From the NCBI GenBank assembly GCA_963727455.1, contig CAVSGG010000009.1:1-64000 (forward strand): DNA of 64,000 nt, written 5' to 3'. Below, piece after piece: positions 1-10,327 of the stretch. The notes under the pieces are model-generated. The model was not told the origin of the DNA. It was given only the letters and a program-made list of their open reading frames with translations, and searched no databases. The position numbers and the translations under genes are program-made. Each line of letters begins with the position of its first letter. Within the stretch, counting starts at the first letter, position 1. The stretch is from Candidatus Krumholzibacteriota bacterium (GTDB taxonomy: Bacteria > Krumholzibacteriota > Krumholzibacteriia > JAJRXK01).

Positions 1-231
1 GATGTATTGCTAAGGGCGGGCGCCGCCGCGGCAAGTCCGCTCCCTCGGCATTCTCTTTGCGCGTTCGCGGCTCGATTGGGCCCCGGATCGCGCGATTCAG
101 GTGCGAGAGCCGCGCAAGGGTGCCCTCTCCCTCATCCCGAGACTTGGCGAAAGTGGGCAACGATCGTTAGACTCACGCAGCCCGTGTCCAACGCCAAAAT
201 TCCATTCTTCCACTGCAGAAAAGGAACCATC

Positions 232-1043
232 GTGAGCGAATTCTCTCCCGACCTTCAGGATCGTTGGGCCCTCATCCTAGGGGTCAGCAGCGGATTCGGA
301 GCAGCCACCGCGCGAATACTCTCGTCGAGGGGCATGCACATCTTCGGCGTTCATCTCGACCGGCGCGCCACCCTTCACCTGGTCGACCAGGTCAAGGAGG
401 ACATCCTGGCCAACGATCGCGAAGCCTGGCTGGTGAACATGAACGCGGCCGACGAAGAAGAACGAAACAAAGCGCTGGACGACTTCATGGCCTACCAGGG
501 CGACAAGGCGATCGGCAGCATCAAGGTCTTCTTGCACTCCCTGGCCTTCGGCACCCTCAAGCCCTTCGTGAACGAAGAGGGACAGGCTCAGCTCACTCAG
601 AGAAACGTCGAAATGACCGTCGACGTCATGGCGCATTCCCTCGTCTACTGGGCTCAGGGATTGGTCGAGCGAAAGCTGATGGGCCAGGGGGCAGCATCTT
701 CGCCATGACCTCCAGCGGAAGCACGCGCGTCATCCCCACCTACGGCGCGGTCTCCGCCGCCAAGTCGTCCCTGGAGTCGCACATCCGCCAATTGACCTTC
801 GAACTGGCTCCCTTCGGCATTCGCGCCAACACTCTCCGGGCCGGAGTGACCGACACTCCCGCCTTGCGCAAGATTCCCGGGCACGAAGTGCTCCTGGAAG
901 AGGCCAGGCGCCGGAACCCCACCGGGAGGCTCACCACCCCCGAAGACGTCGCCAAAGCGCTCTGCGCCCTGGCCTGCGACGATTGTAGTTTCGTGAGCGG
1001 CAACATCATCGGAGTCGACGGCGGCGAGGAGGTGGTCGGCTGA
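232..1043 (+). CDS. Enoyl-ACP/CoA reductase-like SDR (FabL/FabI type), apparent 1-nt frameshift at ~687-691
   Basis: GTG start after AAGGA. N-half ILGVSSGFG (ORF 7..708) and C-half YGAVSAAK...IRANTLRAG...VDGG (ORF 264..1043). Adding one G to the GGGGG run joins them (..MGQGGSIFAM..). Confidence 0.8.
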
Positions 1044-1044
1044 G

Positions 1045-2518
1045 ATGAGTGGAGAACCCATCGAACATTTGAAGCGCTTTCGCCCCGGACTTCCCTTCAT
1101 CAACGGGGAATACGTCCAACCGCGCGAGGAAACCCTCTTCCCCTCCATCAACCCGGCCACGGGCAAGATCCAGTGTGAAATCGCAGCCGCCGGCGCACCC
1201 GAACTCGAGGCGGCGGTGAACGCGGCTCGAAAGGCCTTCGACGAGGGACCCTGGCCAAAAATGGCGCCGGCCGAACGCGGCAAGGTACTCCTGAAGTTGG
1301 CCGAGCTCCTCGAGCAAAACGTGGCGGAGATGGCCGCGCTGGAGTCTCTGGACACCGGCAAGACCCTCTTCGATTCGGGCAAGATCGAAATCCCCTTCGC
1401 CGCCAAGCTCTACCGCTACTTCGGTGGTTGGGCCGACAAACTCGCCGGCGAAACCCTGCCCACCGCGACCGATTTCGTCTACACCCTCAGGCATCCGGTC
1501 GGGGTCGTCGGGATGATCACCCCCTGGAATTTCCCTTTCCTTTTGGCTTCGTGGAAAATGGCTCCCGCGCTCGCGGCGGGGTGCGACGATGATTCTCAAG
1601 CCAGCGCAAATCTCCTCGCTCACCGCTCTCCGCTTCGGTGAAATTTGCAACGAAGCCGGAGTGCCCGAGGGCGTGGTGAACATCCTGCCCGGACGGGGCA
1701 GCGTCCTCGGTCAGGGATTGGTTCAGCACGAAGGGGTCGACAAGATCGCGTTCACCGGTAGCACTGAAGTGGGAAGAGGAATCATCTCCGCCGCCAGCGC
1801 CACCATCAAACGGGTCAGCGTCGAGCTGGGCGGGAAGTCTCCCAACGTCGTGTTCGACGACGCCGACCTCAAGAGTGCACTGCGCGGTGCGCTCACGGGC
1901 ATCTTCTACAACAAGGGCGAGGTGTGCGCGGCGGGAAGCCGGCTGCTGGTTCAACGCAGCATCTACGACGAATTCGTGGAGCAGCTGGCCGAAAAGGCGG
2001 GCCAGTTGACGGTGGGGGATCCCTTCGACAAGAACACACGAATGGGCCCTGTCGTGAGCGAGGATCAAATGCGCGGGGTCCTGGAGTACATCGCCTCGGG
2101 AAAGAAGGAAGGGGCGAAGCTCGTCGCGGGCGGCGAACGAACCCTGCAGGACAGCGGTGGTTACTTCCTTCAACCCACCGTTTTCGGGAACGTGACCAGC
2201 GCCATGCGCATCGCCCGAGAGGAGATCTTCGGGCCGGTCCTGGCCTGCATCCCCTTCGAGGACGAAGAAGAGGCGCTGCGAATCGCCAACGACAGCATGT
2301 ACGGACTGGCTTCCGCGGTTTGGACCCGGGACCTGGGACGCGCCCACCGCTTTGCAAAACGCCTGCGGGCCGGTACGGTGTGGATCAACACCTACAATCT
2401 CTATGACCCGGGTGCGCCCTTTGGAGGATTCAAGCAGAGCGGATTCGGAAGGGAACTCGGCCGCGAGGGACTCTTGGCGTACACCGAGAGCAAAACGATC
2501 TGGACCCACATCGACTGA
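1045..2518 (+). CDS. NAD-dependent aldehyde dehydrogenase, apparent frameshift at ~1584
   Basis: ITPWNFP in ORF 1045..1641; FTGSTEVG, ELGGKSP, GEVCAAGSR, EEIFGPV and PFGGFKQSG in ORF 1589..2518. Removing one base gives AAGCTMILKPA. Confidence 0.9.
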
Positions 2519-2531
2519 GGCGGAGACCCTC

Positions 2532-3344
2532 ATGGCAATGAAGTTCGAGACGATTCTCTACGAGCGGGAGAGTACGGTCGCCTGGATCACTCTCAACCGG
2601 CCTTCGCAATTGAACGCTTTCGCCGGCAACATGCGTGAGGAACTTTTGCACGCGCTCCTCGACGCGCAGGAGGATCCGCAGGTCCACGCCATCGTGATCA
2701 CCGGCGCGGGCCGAGCCTTCTGCGCGGGCGGAGACGTGAAGCACATGGCTCGTCTCAAGTCCGAACAGGCGGGCTTCGAGAAGCTCCGTCCCCTGCTCGA
2801 CCAGGGCCGCCGGGTGGTCACGGTGATCCACGAGTGCCCCAAGCCGGTCATCGCCATGGTCAACGGAGTCGCGGCCGGGGCGGGATGCAATTTGGCCCTG
2901 GCGTGCGACCTTCGAATTGCGGGGGAGCACGCCGTCTTCACGCAGAGCTTCATCAATGTGGGCCTGCACCCCGACTGGGGTGGAAGCTACTTTTTGCCCA
3001 GGCTCATCGGCCAGGGGCGAGCCCTGGAGATGATGCTCACCGGCAAGAAGGTGGAGGCCGATGAGGCACTCGAGATCGGATTGGTGCACCAGGTGGTCCC
3101 ATCCTCGCACCTGAAGGAGGCTACCGAGCGGATGGCCCAGCGCCTCGCGGAGGCGCCCGCCACTGCGGCTCGCCTCATCAAGCTGGCCGTTCACGGAAGC
3201 CTGGACAACGATCTGGTGGAAATGCTGGAGTTCGAGTGCGAGGCCCAACGCCAATGCTGGGACTCGCCCGAATCCACCGAGGGAATCGCCGCCTTCAGTA
3301 AGAAGCGGCGTCCGGCCTTCGAGCAAAAATTCCGCAACGGTTAA
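2532..3344 (+). CDS. Crotonase-family enoyl-CoA isomerase (PaaG-like)
   Basis: AFCAGGD, GVAAGAGCNLALACD and VGLHPDWGG. Asp-type active site without the hydratase Glu pair; GGAG RBS upstream. Confidence 0.8.
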   Translation: MAMKFETILYERESTVAWITLNRPSQLNAFAGNMREELLHALLDAQEDPQVHAIVITGAGRAFCAGGDVKHMARLKSEQAGFEKLRPLLDQGRRVVTVIHECPKPVIAMVNGVAAGAGCNLALACDLRIAGEHAVFTQSFINVGLHPDWGGSYFLPRLIGQGRALEMMLTGKKVEADEALEIGLVHQVVPSSHLKEATERMAQRLAEAPATAARLIKLAVHGSLDNDLVEMLEFECEAQRQCWDSPESTEGIAAFSKKRRPAFEQKFRNG

Positions 3345-3374
3345 ATCGCGCGTAGCACGCGTGGGTAGGATCTC

Positions 3375-3404
3375 GGGGCAGGACCGCCAGGTCCTGCCCC
3401 TTTG
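3375..3404. terminator. Intrinsic terminator-like hairpin between convergent crotonase genes
   Basis: GGGGCAGGACC-gcca-GGTCCTGCCCC, a perfect 11-bp stem followed by TTT. Confidence 0.7.
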
Positions 3405-3420
3405 AAAACATGCGTTCCGT

Positions 3421-4212
3421 TTACTGTCCGCTGAAGTGGGCCACCCGTTTCTCAACGTAGGCCTGGATTCCCTCTTTGGCGTCCGAACTCTGGAAGAGCT
3501 GTTGCTGCAGCTCGCGCTCGATCGCCAGGGCCTCGCTGAAGGGAACCTCCGGGCCACTCTGGCAACAGCGCTTGATCCTCCCCACCGCCTTGCTGGCCTT
3601 GTTCGGCGGGCAGAACTGCTTGGCATAGGCCATGAGGTCGTCCCAGAAAGTGTCCTTCTCGAAGATGTCGGTGATGATCCCGAGTTCCTTTGCTTCGTCG
3701 AACTCCATGGTCCTGCCGGTCACCATCAGTTCCATTGCCTTGTGCTTGCCGATGAGACGCGTCAGGCGCTGAGTTCCGCCCGTTCCCGGAAGAACACCCA
3801 GGCCCACCTCGGGAAGTCCGATCTTGCCGCCGTTCTTCTTCGCGATCCGGATGTCGCAGGCCATGGCGATCTCGAGTCCGCCGCCAACGGTGTGGCCGTT
3901 CAGAGCCGCGATGACCAGCTTGGGAGTGTGCTCCAAACGGTTGAGCATCTCATTCGCGTGCAGACAGAAGTAGTACTTGAAGGTGGGATCCACCTCGTTG
4001 AGCATGTTGATGTCGGCGCCGGCCGAGAAAAACTTCTCGCCGTCTCCTCGGATGACGATGACGTGAATGTCGTTGTCCATCCGCGCGTCGAGAATACAGT
4101 CGTCGAACTGACGGTTCATCTCGTAGGTATAGGTATTGGCGGGCGGATCGGACAAAGCGATGACAGCGACACCGCCGTCCTTCTCGTACTTGACCAGAGT
4201 TCGGTCGCTCAT
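3421..4212 (-). CDS. Enoyl-CoA hydratase (crotonase family)
   Basis: FFSAGADI, GGGLEIAMACD and LPEVGLGVLPGTGGTQRL, with both catalytic Glu present; GAGGTG RBS. Confidence 0.9.
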   Translation of the reverse strand: MSDRTLVKYEKDGGVAVIALSDPPANTYTYEMNRQFDDCILDARMDNDIHVIVIRGDGEKFFSAGADINMLNEVDPTFKYYFCLHANEMLNRLEHTPKLVIAALNGHTVGGGLEIAMACDIRIAKKNGGKIGLPEVGLGVLPGTGGTQRLTRLIGKHKAMELMVTGRTMEFDEAKELGIITDIFEKDTFWDDLMAYAKQFCPPNKASKAVGRIKRCCQSGPEVPFSEALAIERELQQQLFQSSDAKEGIQAYVEKRVAHFSGQ

Positions 4213-4338
4213 TCAGCTCACCTCTGAAATGATGGAAAGGGCCGCGTTTGCGTCCGGCAGGTGCCGAAAATCGCCGCGAAGTGTAGCAAGCAGTGTAATC
4301 ACAGCTTCGGAGGGCAACAAGAGGGCGCGGCGGCCCGC

Positions 4339-4367
4339 TTGAGGAATGCCGCCGAGTAAGGTACCCT
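4339..4367 (+). promoter_or_regulatory. Putative sigma70 promoter
   Basis: TTGAGG-17 nt-TACCCT upstream of the CAGGAGG RBS of the next gene. Confidence 0.35.
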
Positions 4368-4411
4368 GCACCTTCTCCCCAAGCCGTATTTTCACAGGAG
4401 GTTGCCGCTCC

Positions 4412-5278
4412 ATGGCAAACGAGACTCGCCGCGTCGTGGTCGCCGGGAGCGGCACCATGGGCTCGGGAATCGCCCAGGTGGCCGCGGGCGCTGGATTCTC
4501 GGCGATCCTCTACGACATCGCCCCCGAGCAACTCGAGCGCGCACTCCAAAGCATTACCCATGGCCTCGACCGGGCGGTCGCGCGCGGACGCGTCGACGCC
4601 TCGGCAAAAGATGCAACACTGAACAATCTGGAAACGACGAGCGATCTCTCCTCGGCCTGCAAAGACGCCGAAGTCTTCATCGAGGCCATTCCCGAGCGCA
4701 TCGAGCTGAAGCTCGAACTCTTCGGAAGGATCGAGGAACAGCTGCCCCCCCGCGCGCTCGTTGCCACCAATACCTCCGCCCTCTCGGTAACCGAACTCGC
4801 CGGCGCCTTGAAGAACCCGGCTCGTTGCATCGGGCTTCACTTCTTCAATCCGGTCCATCGCATGAAACTCGTCGAGGTCGTCCGTGGTCTGCAGACGAGC
4901 GACGAGACCAATCGAATCGCGTTGGAATTCTGCCGCGCCATCGGCAAGGAAACCGTGGAAGTGAACGAGGCCCCCGGTTTCGTCACGACGCGCGTCAATG
5001 CCCTCATCGGAAACGAGGCCTTCCGCATGCTTCAGGAAGGCGTGGCCTCCGCGCGCGACATCGACAAGGCCCTGAAGCTCGGGCTCAACCACCCGATGGG
5101 ACCCTTCGAGTTGGTCGATCTGGTGGGCTTGGATACGCGCCTTTCGATCCTACGCTTCTTGCACGAAGCCCTGGGAGAACGCTTTCGCCCCACCTATCTG
5201 CAGGAGCAGTACGTGAAGTCGGGCCGTTTGGGGAAGAAGGCCGGCCGCGGCGTCTACGATTACAGTGAAGGAGACTGA
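4412..5278 (+). CDS. 3-hydroxyacyl-CoA dehydrogenase (Hbd/PaaH-like)
   Basis: GSGTMGSGIAQ, TNTSALS, GLHFFNPV and NHPMGPFELVDLVGLD; AGGAGG RBS. Confidence 0.9.
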   Translation: MANETRRVVVAGSGTMGSGIAQVAAGAGFSAILYDIAPEQLERALQSITHGLDRAVARGRVDASAKDATLNNLETTSDLSSACKDAEVFIEAIPERIELKLELFGRIEEQLPPRALVATNTSALSVTELAGALKNPARCIGLHFFNPVHRMKLVEVVRGLQTSDETNRIALEFCRAIGKETVEVNEAPGFVTTRVNALIGNEAFRMLQEGVASARDIDKALKLGLNHPMGPFELVDLVGLDTRLSILRFLHEALGERFRPTYLQEQYVKSGRLGKKAGRGVYDYSEGD

Positions 5279-5282
5279 GCCC

Positions 5283-6155
5283 ATGTCGCAGACGGCCTGG
5301 CTCGTGGACGGCACCGCCTACGTCTTTCGCTCGTACTATTCGATGCGCCCCATCGAGGCACCGGACGGCACGCCGGTGAACGCGGTCTTCGGTCTGGGCA
5401 TGACCTTGCAGCGCTTTTTGCAGGACGAAAGCCCCAGCCATCTGGCGGTGATCTTCGATGCAGGGCGCAAGACCTTCCGCAATGAGATCTACCCCGAGTA
5501 CAAAGCGAACCGCGGTGAGCCGCCGGAGGATCTCGCGGTTCAATTCGATCTCTGTCCTGCACTCACCAAGGCCATGGGAATCGCCACCTTCCTCAAGAAG
5601 GGCTTCGAGGCGGATGACTTGCTGGCCAGCATGGCCGCTCGGCTCCTGGAAAGGGGGTTCGAAGTCAGAGTCGTCACCGGGGACAAGGATCTCTCGCAGA
5701 TCCTCGGGCCCGGACTGAGGATCTACGACCTGGCGAAGGGCCGTCACTTCGGGGCGGAGGAAGTCCCGAGCCTGTTGGGCGTTCGCTCGGGCCAGGTGGT
5801 GGATCTCCTGGCTCTGATGGGGGACAGCAGCGACAACATTCCCGGCGTCCCCGGCGTGGGCAAAAAGAGTGCGATTGCGCTGCTCGCTGCCTTCGAGAAC
5901 CTGGACGCCATCTACGAGAACCTGGACTCCATCGAGACCCTCGAGCTCCGTGGGGCCAAGAGCCTGCGCAAGAAGCTGGAAGCGGGCCGCGAAAGCGCCT
6001 ACCTCAGCCATAGACTGGTCAGGCTGCGCCAGGACATTCCCCTGGCCTTCGAGCCCGCGAATCTGCGCTACCTCGGCGCGGAAAAAAAAGCGCTCGACGA
6101 ATTCGCCGAGCGCTGGGGTCTGCGTCGCGTAGCGGCGCGTGTACCACGCAGGTGA
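5283..6155 (+). CDS. Stand-alone 5'-3' exonuclease/flap endonuclease (PolA N-terminal-like)
   Basis: LVDG..Y.FR.YY, YKANR, FEADD, TGDKD and GDSSDNIPGVPGVGKKSA; no polymerase domain follows. Confidence 0.88.
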   Translation: MSQTAWLVDGTAYVFRSYYSMRPIEAPDGTPVNAVFGLGMTLQRFLQDESPSHLAVIFDAGRKTFRNEIYPEYKANRGEPPEDLAVQFDLCPALTKAMGIATFLKKGFEADDLLASMAARLLERGFEVRVVTGDKDLSQILGPGLRIYDLAKGRHFGAEEVPSLLGVRSGQVVDLLALMGDSSDNIPGVPGVGKKSAIALLAAFENLDAIYENLDSIETLELRGAKSLRKKLEAGRESAYLSHRLVRLRQDIPLAFEPANLRYLGAEKKALDEFAERWGLRRVAARVPRR

Positions 6156-6166
6156 GTCAAAATGCT

Positions 6167-6433
6167 CTAGAACACCTCGTCGTCGATCGCGGCCAGGAGT
6201 CGCCGCGCCTCTTCGAGTTGTTCTGAGGGAACCCGGACGCGTAGTTCACCGGAACCGAGGGATGCGGCGTCGCGAACTGCGCGTTCGAGAACTTCCGTGG
6301 TGTACCGGATACCCGCCCACTGCAACTTCGACTCGCAGAGCATCACCAAATCCGATCGGCGCGTCTCCAGCAAGGGAACCGTGGGGTTTTGTCCCGCGTG
6401 CCGAGTCGCCGGTGGCGTGACGAAATCAACCAT
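6167..6433 (-). CDS. Small hypothetical protein (DUF2007-like)
   Basis: 88 aa with GAGGAGG RBS; pattern L..AGI...G..RVRV...LEEARRLL. Confidence 0.55.
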   Translation of the reverse strand: MVDFVTPPATRHAGQNPTVPLLETRRSDLVMLCESKLQWAGIRYTTEVLERAVRDAASLGSGELRVRVPSEQLEEARRLLAAIDDEVF

Positions 6434-6726
6434 GCCGGCCTCCTCGTGTCTGCTTCACGGCGGGAGGGATTCCGGCGTTCGGGGTGTCGGCCTGAGATGC
6501 GAGGCAAGAGCGGGCCTCCCGCCGATCGCGAGCGCAAAGAAAGCGGAACTTTCCTTCGCCAGCAATCACTGACAGGCTAGTACAGGATTCGATTTTTCAC
6601 CACGAGAGTTGCGTGAAAAATCTGGGGAAAAGCTCGGTCTGTACGCGAACGAATCCGCGCCTGGCGGCGCCGATCCGGCGCGGGAGAACCCTGCCGGATG
6701 GTCCGGACCATAGCGCGCCGGAACCC

Positions 6727-7071
6727 TCACCGCGTCTCCACCGCGAGCGAGTCCGTCGAGACGATCGTGAGGACCTTGACGGCCGCCATGGCCGGAGTGA
6801 AATAGCCGGCTTCGGCCCGGCTGCGCCGTCCATCGCCGAAGGTGACGGCGAGCTCGAGTTGACCGTCCTGCTTGAGCTTGAGGGGAACCCGCAGGTCCTC
6901 CCCGGCCTTCAGCCCGGGGAACTCCTGGGACGAACCCATCACCTCGGCCTTGAGGCCCCTGATCGCGACGCCCGAGCGATTGTGGATCTCGAGGGAGGGC
7001 GGTGGGCTCGTCACCGCCACCATGAGCAAGGCCAGGAAAGAAAGCAGCAGGATGCTGATGATGATGCGCAT
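6727..7071 (-). CDS. Hypothetical exported or membrane-anchored protein
   Basis: 114 aa; hydrophobic N-terminus followed by a beta-rich domain. Confidence 0.55.
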   Translation of the reverse strand: MRIIISILLLSFLALLMVAVTSPPPSLEIHNRSGVAIRGLKAEVMGSSQEFPGLKAGEDLRVPLKLKQDGQLELAVTFGDGRRSRAEAGYFTPAMAAVKVLTIVSTDSLAVETR

Positions 7072-7238
7072 GCTTCGCCACTCAGGGTGAGGTCACGAAA
7101 GGCTCCCGGGCAGCATTACCACATGGGGGAGCACTCGTCGTGTGAACGAAGCCGAAGGTTGCAGGAATCGGACCGCTTGAGGCGCCCGCTCTAGGTCAAA
7201 CCCGAGAATGTCCCCGAATTCCCCTGAGGGCTTTGCTC

Positions 7239-7267
7239 TTGCCAGCTCGCGGCCTCTGACCTACCCT
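7239..7267 (+). promoter_or_regulatory. Putative sigma70 promoter
   Basis: TTGCCA-17 nt-TACCCT, about 85 nt upstream of the 7353 start. Confidence 0.4.
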
Positions 7268-7352
7268 AGCAAACCGTATATTTTGCAATCCCATCGGCTC
7301 GCGGAGGATTCAAGTCCTTCCCTGAGCTCTTCGACCAAGGACCTGTCAAAGC

Positions 7353-8504
7353 ATGAGATACGTCCTCTTCGGCGCCGGACAGCAAGGCCGCGCCATCGCC
7401 TTCGACCTACTCCGCGATCCCGAATCGGAAATCGTGATCGTCGACAGCAACCCCGAGCAGCTCGACGAAGTCTGCTCGTGGCTGGACGACCCCAGGGTCG
7501 AGCCGGAGCCCATCGACGCCGAGAATCGTGAAGAATGCCGCGTCGTCATGGAAGACATGGACGTGGCGATCAACGCCCTGCCCTATCGCTTCAACTTGCT
7601 GCTTACCGAAGACGCAATCGAAATGAAGAAGCACCTGGTCGACCTGGGCGGAAACAACTCCGTGGTCGAACAGCAGCTCGAGCTGGACTCCGCGGCCAAG
7701 GAGGCGGGAATCGTGGTGATTCCCGATTGCGGGCTGGCGCCGGGTTTGGCGGTCCTTCTGGCGGCCGACGCTTGCGCGCGTCTCACGCGCGTCGACAGCC
7801 TCAACATCAGGGTGGGAGGATTGCCGCAGAAGGCGCAGGGCGATTTCGGCTACATGCTCACTTTCAGCGTCGAAGGTCTGCTCAACGAATACAGCGAGCC
7901 TTGCCTGGTGATGCGCGGCGGCGAGTTGCTCAGCGTCGAGCCGCTCACCGACATCGAACCCATTCGATTCGGCGAGCCCTTCTCCGAGCTGGAGTGTTTC
8001 AACACCTCGGGCGGGCTCTCCACTCTTCCGCGCACCCTGGGCCACAAAGTCACCAACATGGACTACAAGACCATCCGTTATCCCGGCCACGGGGAACAGA
8101 TGAGAAGGTTCTACGAGGAAGGCATGTTTTCGCGGGAGCCCAAGGTGGCCGAAGACGGCAGCACTTACGTTCCCCGCGAACAGCTGGCCGCGCTCATCCG
8201 CGAGCAGTGCAGCTATCAGGAGGCCGACGTCGTCCTGCTGAGAGTGAGTGCCGAGGGAATGAAGAACAACATTCCTCTGGTCGTGAAGACGCAGATCGTG
8301 GATCGCTTCGACCGCGAAAACGGAATCACCGCGATGATGCGAATGACCGGCTACCCCACCTCGATCATCGCCTCGATGATCGCGAAGGGACAAGTGGAGG
8401 CGCGCGGAGTGGTCCCTCTGGAACGCAGCGTTCCCGCCGAGATCTTCCGTGCCGAATTGGCCCACCGTGACATCCAATTGGAGGAGATGGTCAAGGCCCT
8501 CTAG
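7353..8504 (+). CDS. Saccharopine dehydrogenase family protein (lysine 6-dehydrogenase-like)
   Basis: FGAGQQG, VDLGGN, PDCGLAPGL, YKTIRYPGH and TAMMRMTG. Confidence 0.8.
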   Translation: MRYVLFGAGQQGRAIAFDLLRDPESEIVIVDSNPEQLDEVCSWLDDPRVEPEPIDAENREECRVVMEDMDVAINALPYRFNLLLTEDAIEMKKHLVDLGGNNSVVEQQLELDSAAKEAGIVVIPDCGLAPGLAVLLAADACARLTRVDSLNIRVGGLPQKAQGDFGYMLTFSVEGLLNEYSEPCLVMRGGELLSVEPLTDIEPIRFGEPFSELECFNTSGGLSTLPRTLGHKVTNMDYKTIRYPGHGEQMRRFYEEGMFSREPKVAEDGSTYVPREQLAALIREQCSYQEADVVLLRVSAEGMKNNIPLVVKTQIVDRFDRENGITAMMRMTGYPTSIIASMIAKGQVEARGVVPLERSVPAEIFRAELAHRDIQLEEMVKAL

Positions 8505-8515
8505 AAAGGAAGCCC

Positions 8516-10270
8516 ATGGAAGGGCAGCACACCCCGCTCTACAAGCTCTCGATCGCCGACATTGCCGCCCGCCATCTCGAGGTACAGATCAACCTGGATG
8601 GACCTTTCGACCGCCGCCTGAGGCTGTGGATGCCGGCCTGGGTGCCCGGTTCCTACCTCCTTCGCGAGTACGCCGGTCACCTCATACGTCTCGACGCCTT
8701 CGACGGCGATTCGCCGCTTGCCTGCCAGAAGACGGACAAGTCGAGCTGGGAGGTGGACACCAAGGGAGCACGCTCCCTACGCGTCGTCTACCGCATCTTC
8801 GCGCCGGAGCTCACGGTGCGCACCAACGACGTCAGCGACCAACACGCCTTCATCAATCCCGCCGGGACCTTCTTGGCGATCGAGGGCCTGGAAGAACGAG
8901 CAGCGCGGCTCGAGGTGAGCTGCCCCAAGGGCTGGTCGGTCCACACCGCGCTCCCCGCTGTCGGGAAGAACGCCTTCGAGGTGGCCGACTACGACACTCT
9001 GGTCGACAGCCCCCTGGAAATGGGAGCGATGCCGGTGCACGAATTCACCGTGGCCGGCGTGAAGCACGAGTTGGTGATCCAGGGAGAGGGAAACTTCGAT
9101 CTGGAAAAGATGCTGAAGGACATGGCCGCGATCGTGACCGAGGAGTCGAAAATTTTCGGAGGGCTCCCGCCGGACCTGAAACGCTATCTCTTCATCCTGC
9201 TCCTCACCGAGAGCGGGATGGGCGGACTCGAGCACTGCATGAGCACCGCGCTCGCGTGGCCCAGGCTGGGATTTCGGCCGGAAATCGAATACCACCGCTT
9301 CCTCACGCTCATCGCCCACGAGTACTTCCACATCTGGAACGTCAAGCGCATCCGTCCCGAACTCTTCTTGAATTACGATTACCGCAGGGAAACCCACACG
9401 CGCCTTTTGTGGGCTTTCGAAGGGGTCACCAACTACTACGACGAACTCATTCCCATGCGGGCCGGCGTGTACAGCGTGAAACGTTACCTGGAGTTCACGG
9501 CGGAGAACATCCGCGCGGAGTGGGCACGTCCCGGCAATCAAGTCCAGTCCGTATCCGACTCGTCCTTCGACACCTGGATCAAGCTGTACCGGCCCAGCCC
9601 CGATGGACAGAATTCTCAGGTGAGCTACTACCAAAGGGGCATGCTGGTGGCGTTGCTCCTGGATCTGGAACTGCGTCGGCGAAGCGGGGACGAGAAGAGC
9701 ATGGATGACGTCATGCGCCATCTATGGACCAAGGTCTACGCGGCCGGAGAAGGTGTGGCCGAAGGGAGCTATCACGAACTGGTGAAAGCAGCCACGGGAA
9801 TTAAGGTGAAGGAACTCCTCGACGAGTACATCGAAGGCACTCAGAAGCTCGACTACGAGAAAGCTCTGGCGCACGTCGGCCTGAAGCTCGAGAAGAAGCC
9901 ATTGGAGGGCGAGGAAGTCGAGACGGCCTGGCTCGGTGCGGGTGTCCAGGTCAAGGAAGGGCGAAGCGTGCTCTCCACCGTGCTCCATGGGGGCTCCGCT
10001 CATGCCGCCGGACTGATGGCGGAAGACGTCATCGTCGCCCTGGACGAGCTGGAGGTCCAGGGCGACCTGGAAAAGCGCCTCAAGCTGTACCGTCCCGGCG
10101 AAACCGTCCGTTGGCACGCCTTCCGGCAGGGACGTCTCGTTCATGGTACGATGAAGTTTCTCGAGAACCCCTACCCACCCATGCGTCTGGTTCCCCTCGC
10201 CGACCGTAGCGAGGCCCAGAAGAAGAGCTTCCTCGCCTGGGCGGGTAGAGAGTACGAGCCCAAGAGCTGA
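8516..10270 (+). CDS. M61 glycyl aminopeptidase with C-terminal PDZ domain
   Basis: MPAWVPGSY, GGLEH, AHEYFHIWNVKRIRP, EGVTNYY; PDZ-like GSAHAAGLMAEDVIVALD. Confidence 0.9.
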   Translation: MEGQHTPLYKLSIADIAARHLEVQINLDGPFDRRLRLWMPAWVPGSYLLREYAGHLIRLDAFDGDSPLACQKTDKSSWEVDTKGARSLRVVYRIFAPELTVRTNDVSDQHAFINPAGTFLAIEGLEERAARLEVSCPKGWSVHTALPAVGKNAFEVADYDTLVDSPLEMGAMPVHEFTVAGVKHELVIQGEGNFDLEKMLKDMAAIVTEESKIFGGLPPDLKRYLFILLLTESGMGGLEHCMSTALAWPRLGFRPEIEYHRFLTLIAHEYFHIWNVKRIRPELFLNYDYRRETHTRLLWAFEGVTNYYDELIPMRAGVYSVKRYLEFTAENIRAEWARPGNQVQSVSDSSFDTWIKLYRPSPDGQNSQVSYYQRGMLVALLLDLELRRRSGDEKSMDDVMRHLWTKVYAAGEGVAEGSYHELVKAATGIKVKELLDEYIEGTQKLDYEKALAHVGLKLEKKPLEGEEVETAWLGAGVQVKEGRSVLSTVLHGGSAHAAGLMAEDVIVALDELEVQGDLEKRLKLYRPGETVRWHAFRQGRLVHGTMKFLENPYPPMRLVPLADRSEAQKKSFLAWAGREYEPKS

Positions 10271-10327
10271 GTAACAGGGTATCGCCGCGCGCGTTTCACT
10301 TCGACCGATCCCCATGAGGCGGAGTCG

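Noticed and set aside
5283-6155. Truncated polA pseudogene
   Set aside because: The ORF ends cleanly at the size of known stand-alone 5'-3' exonucleases and no polymerase remnant follows.
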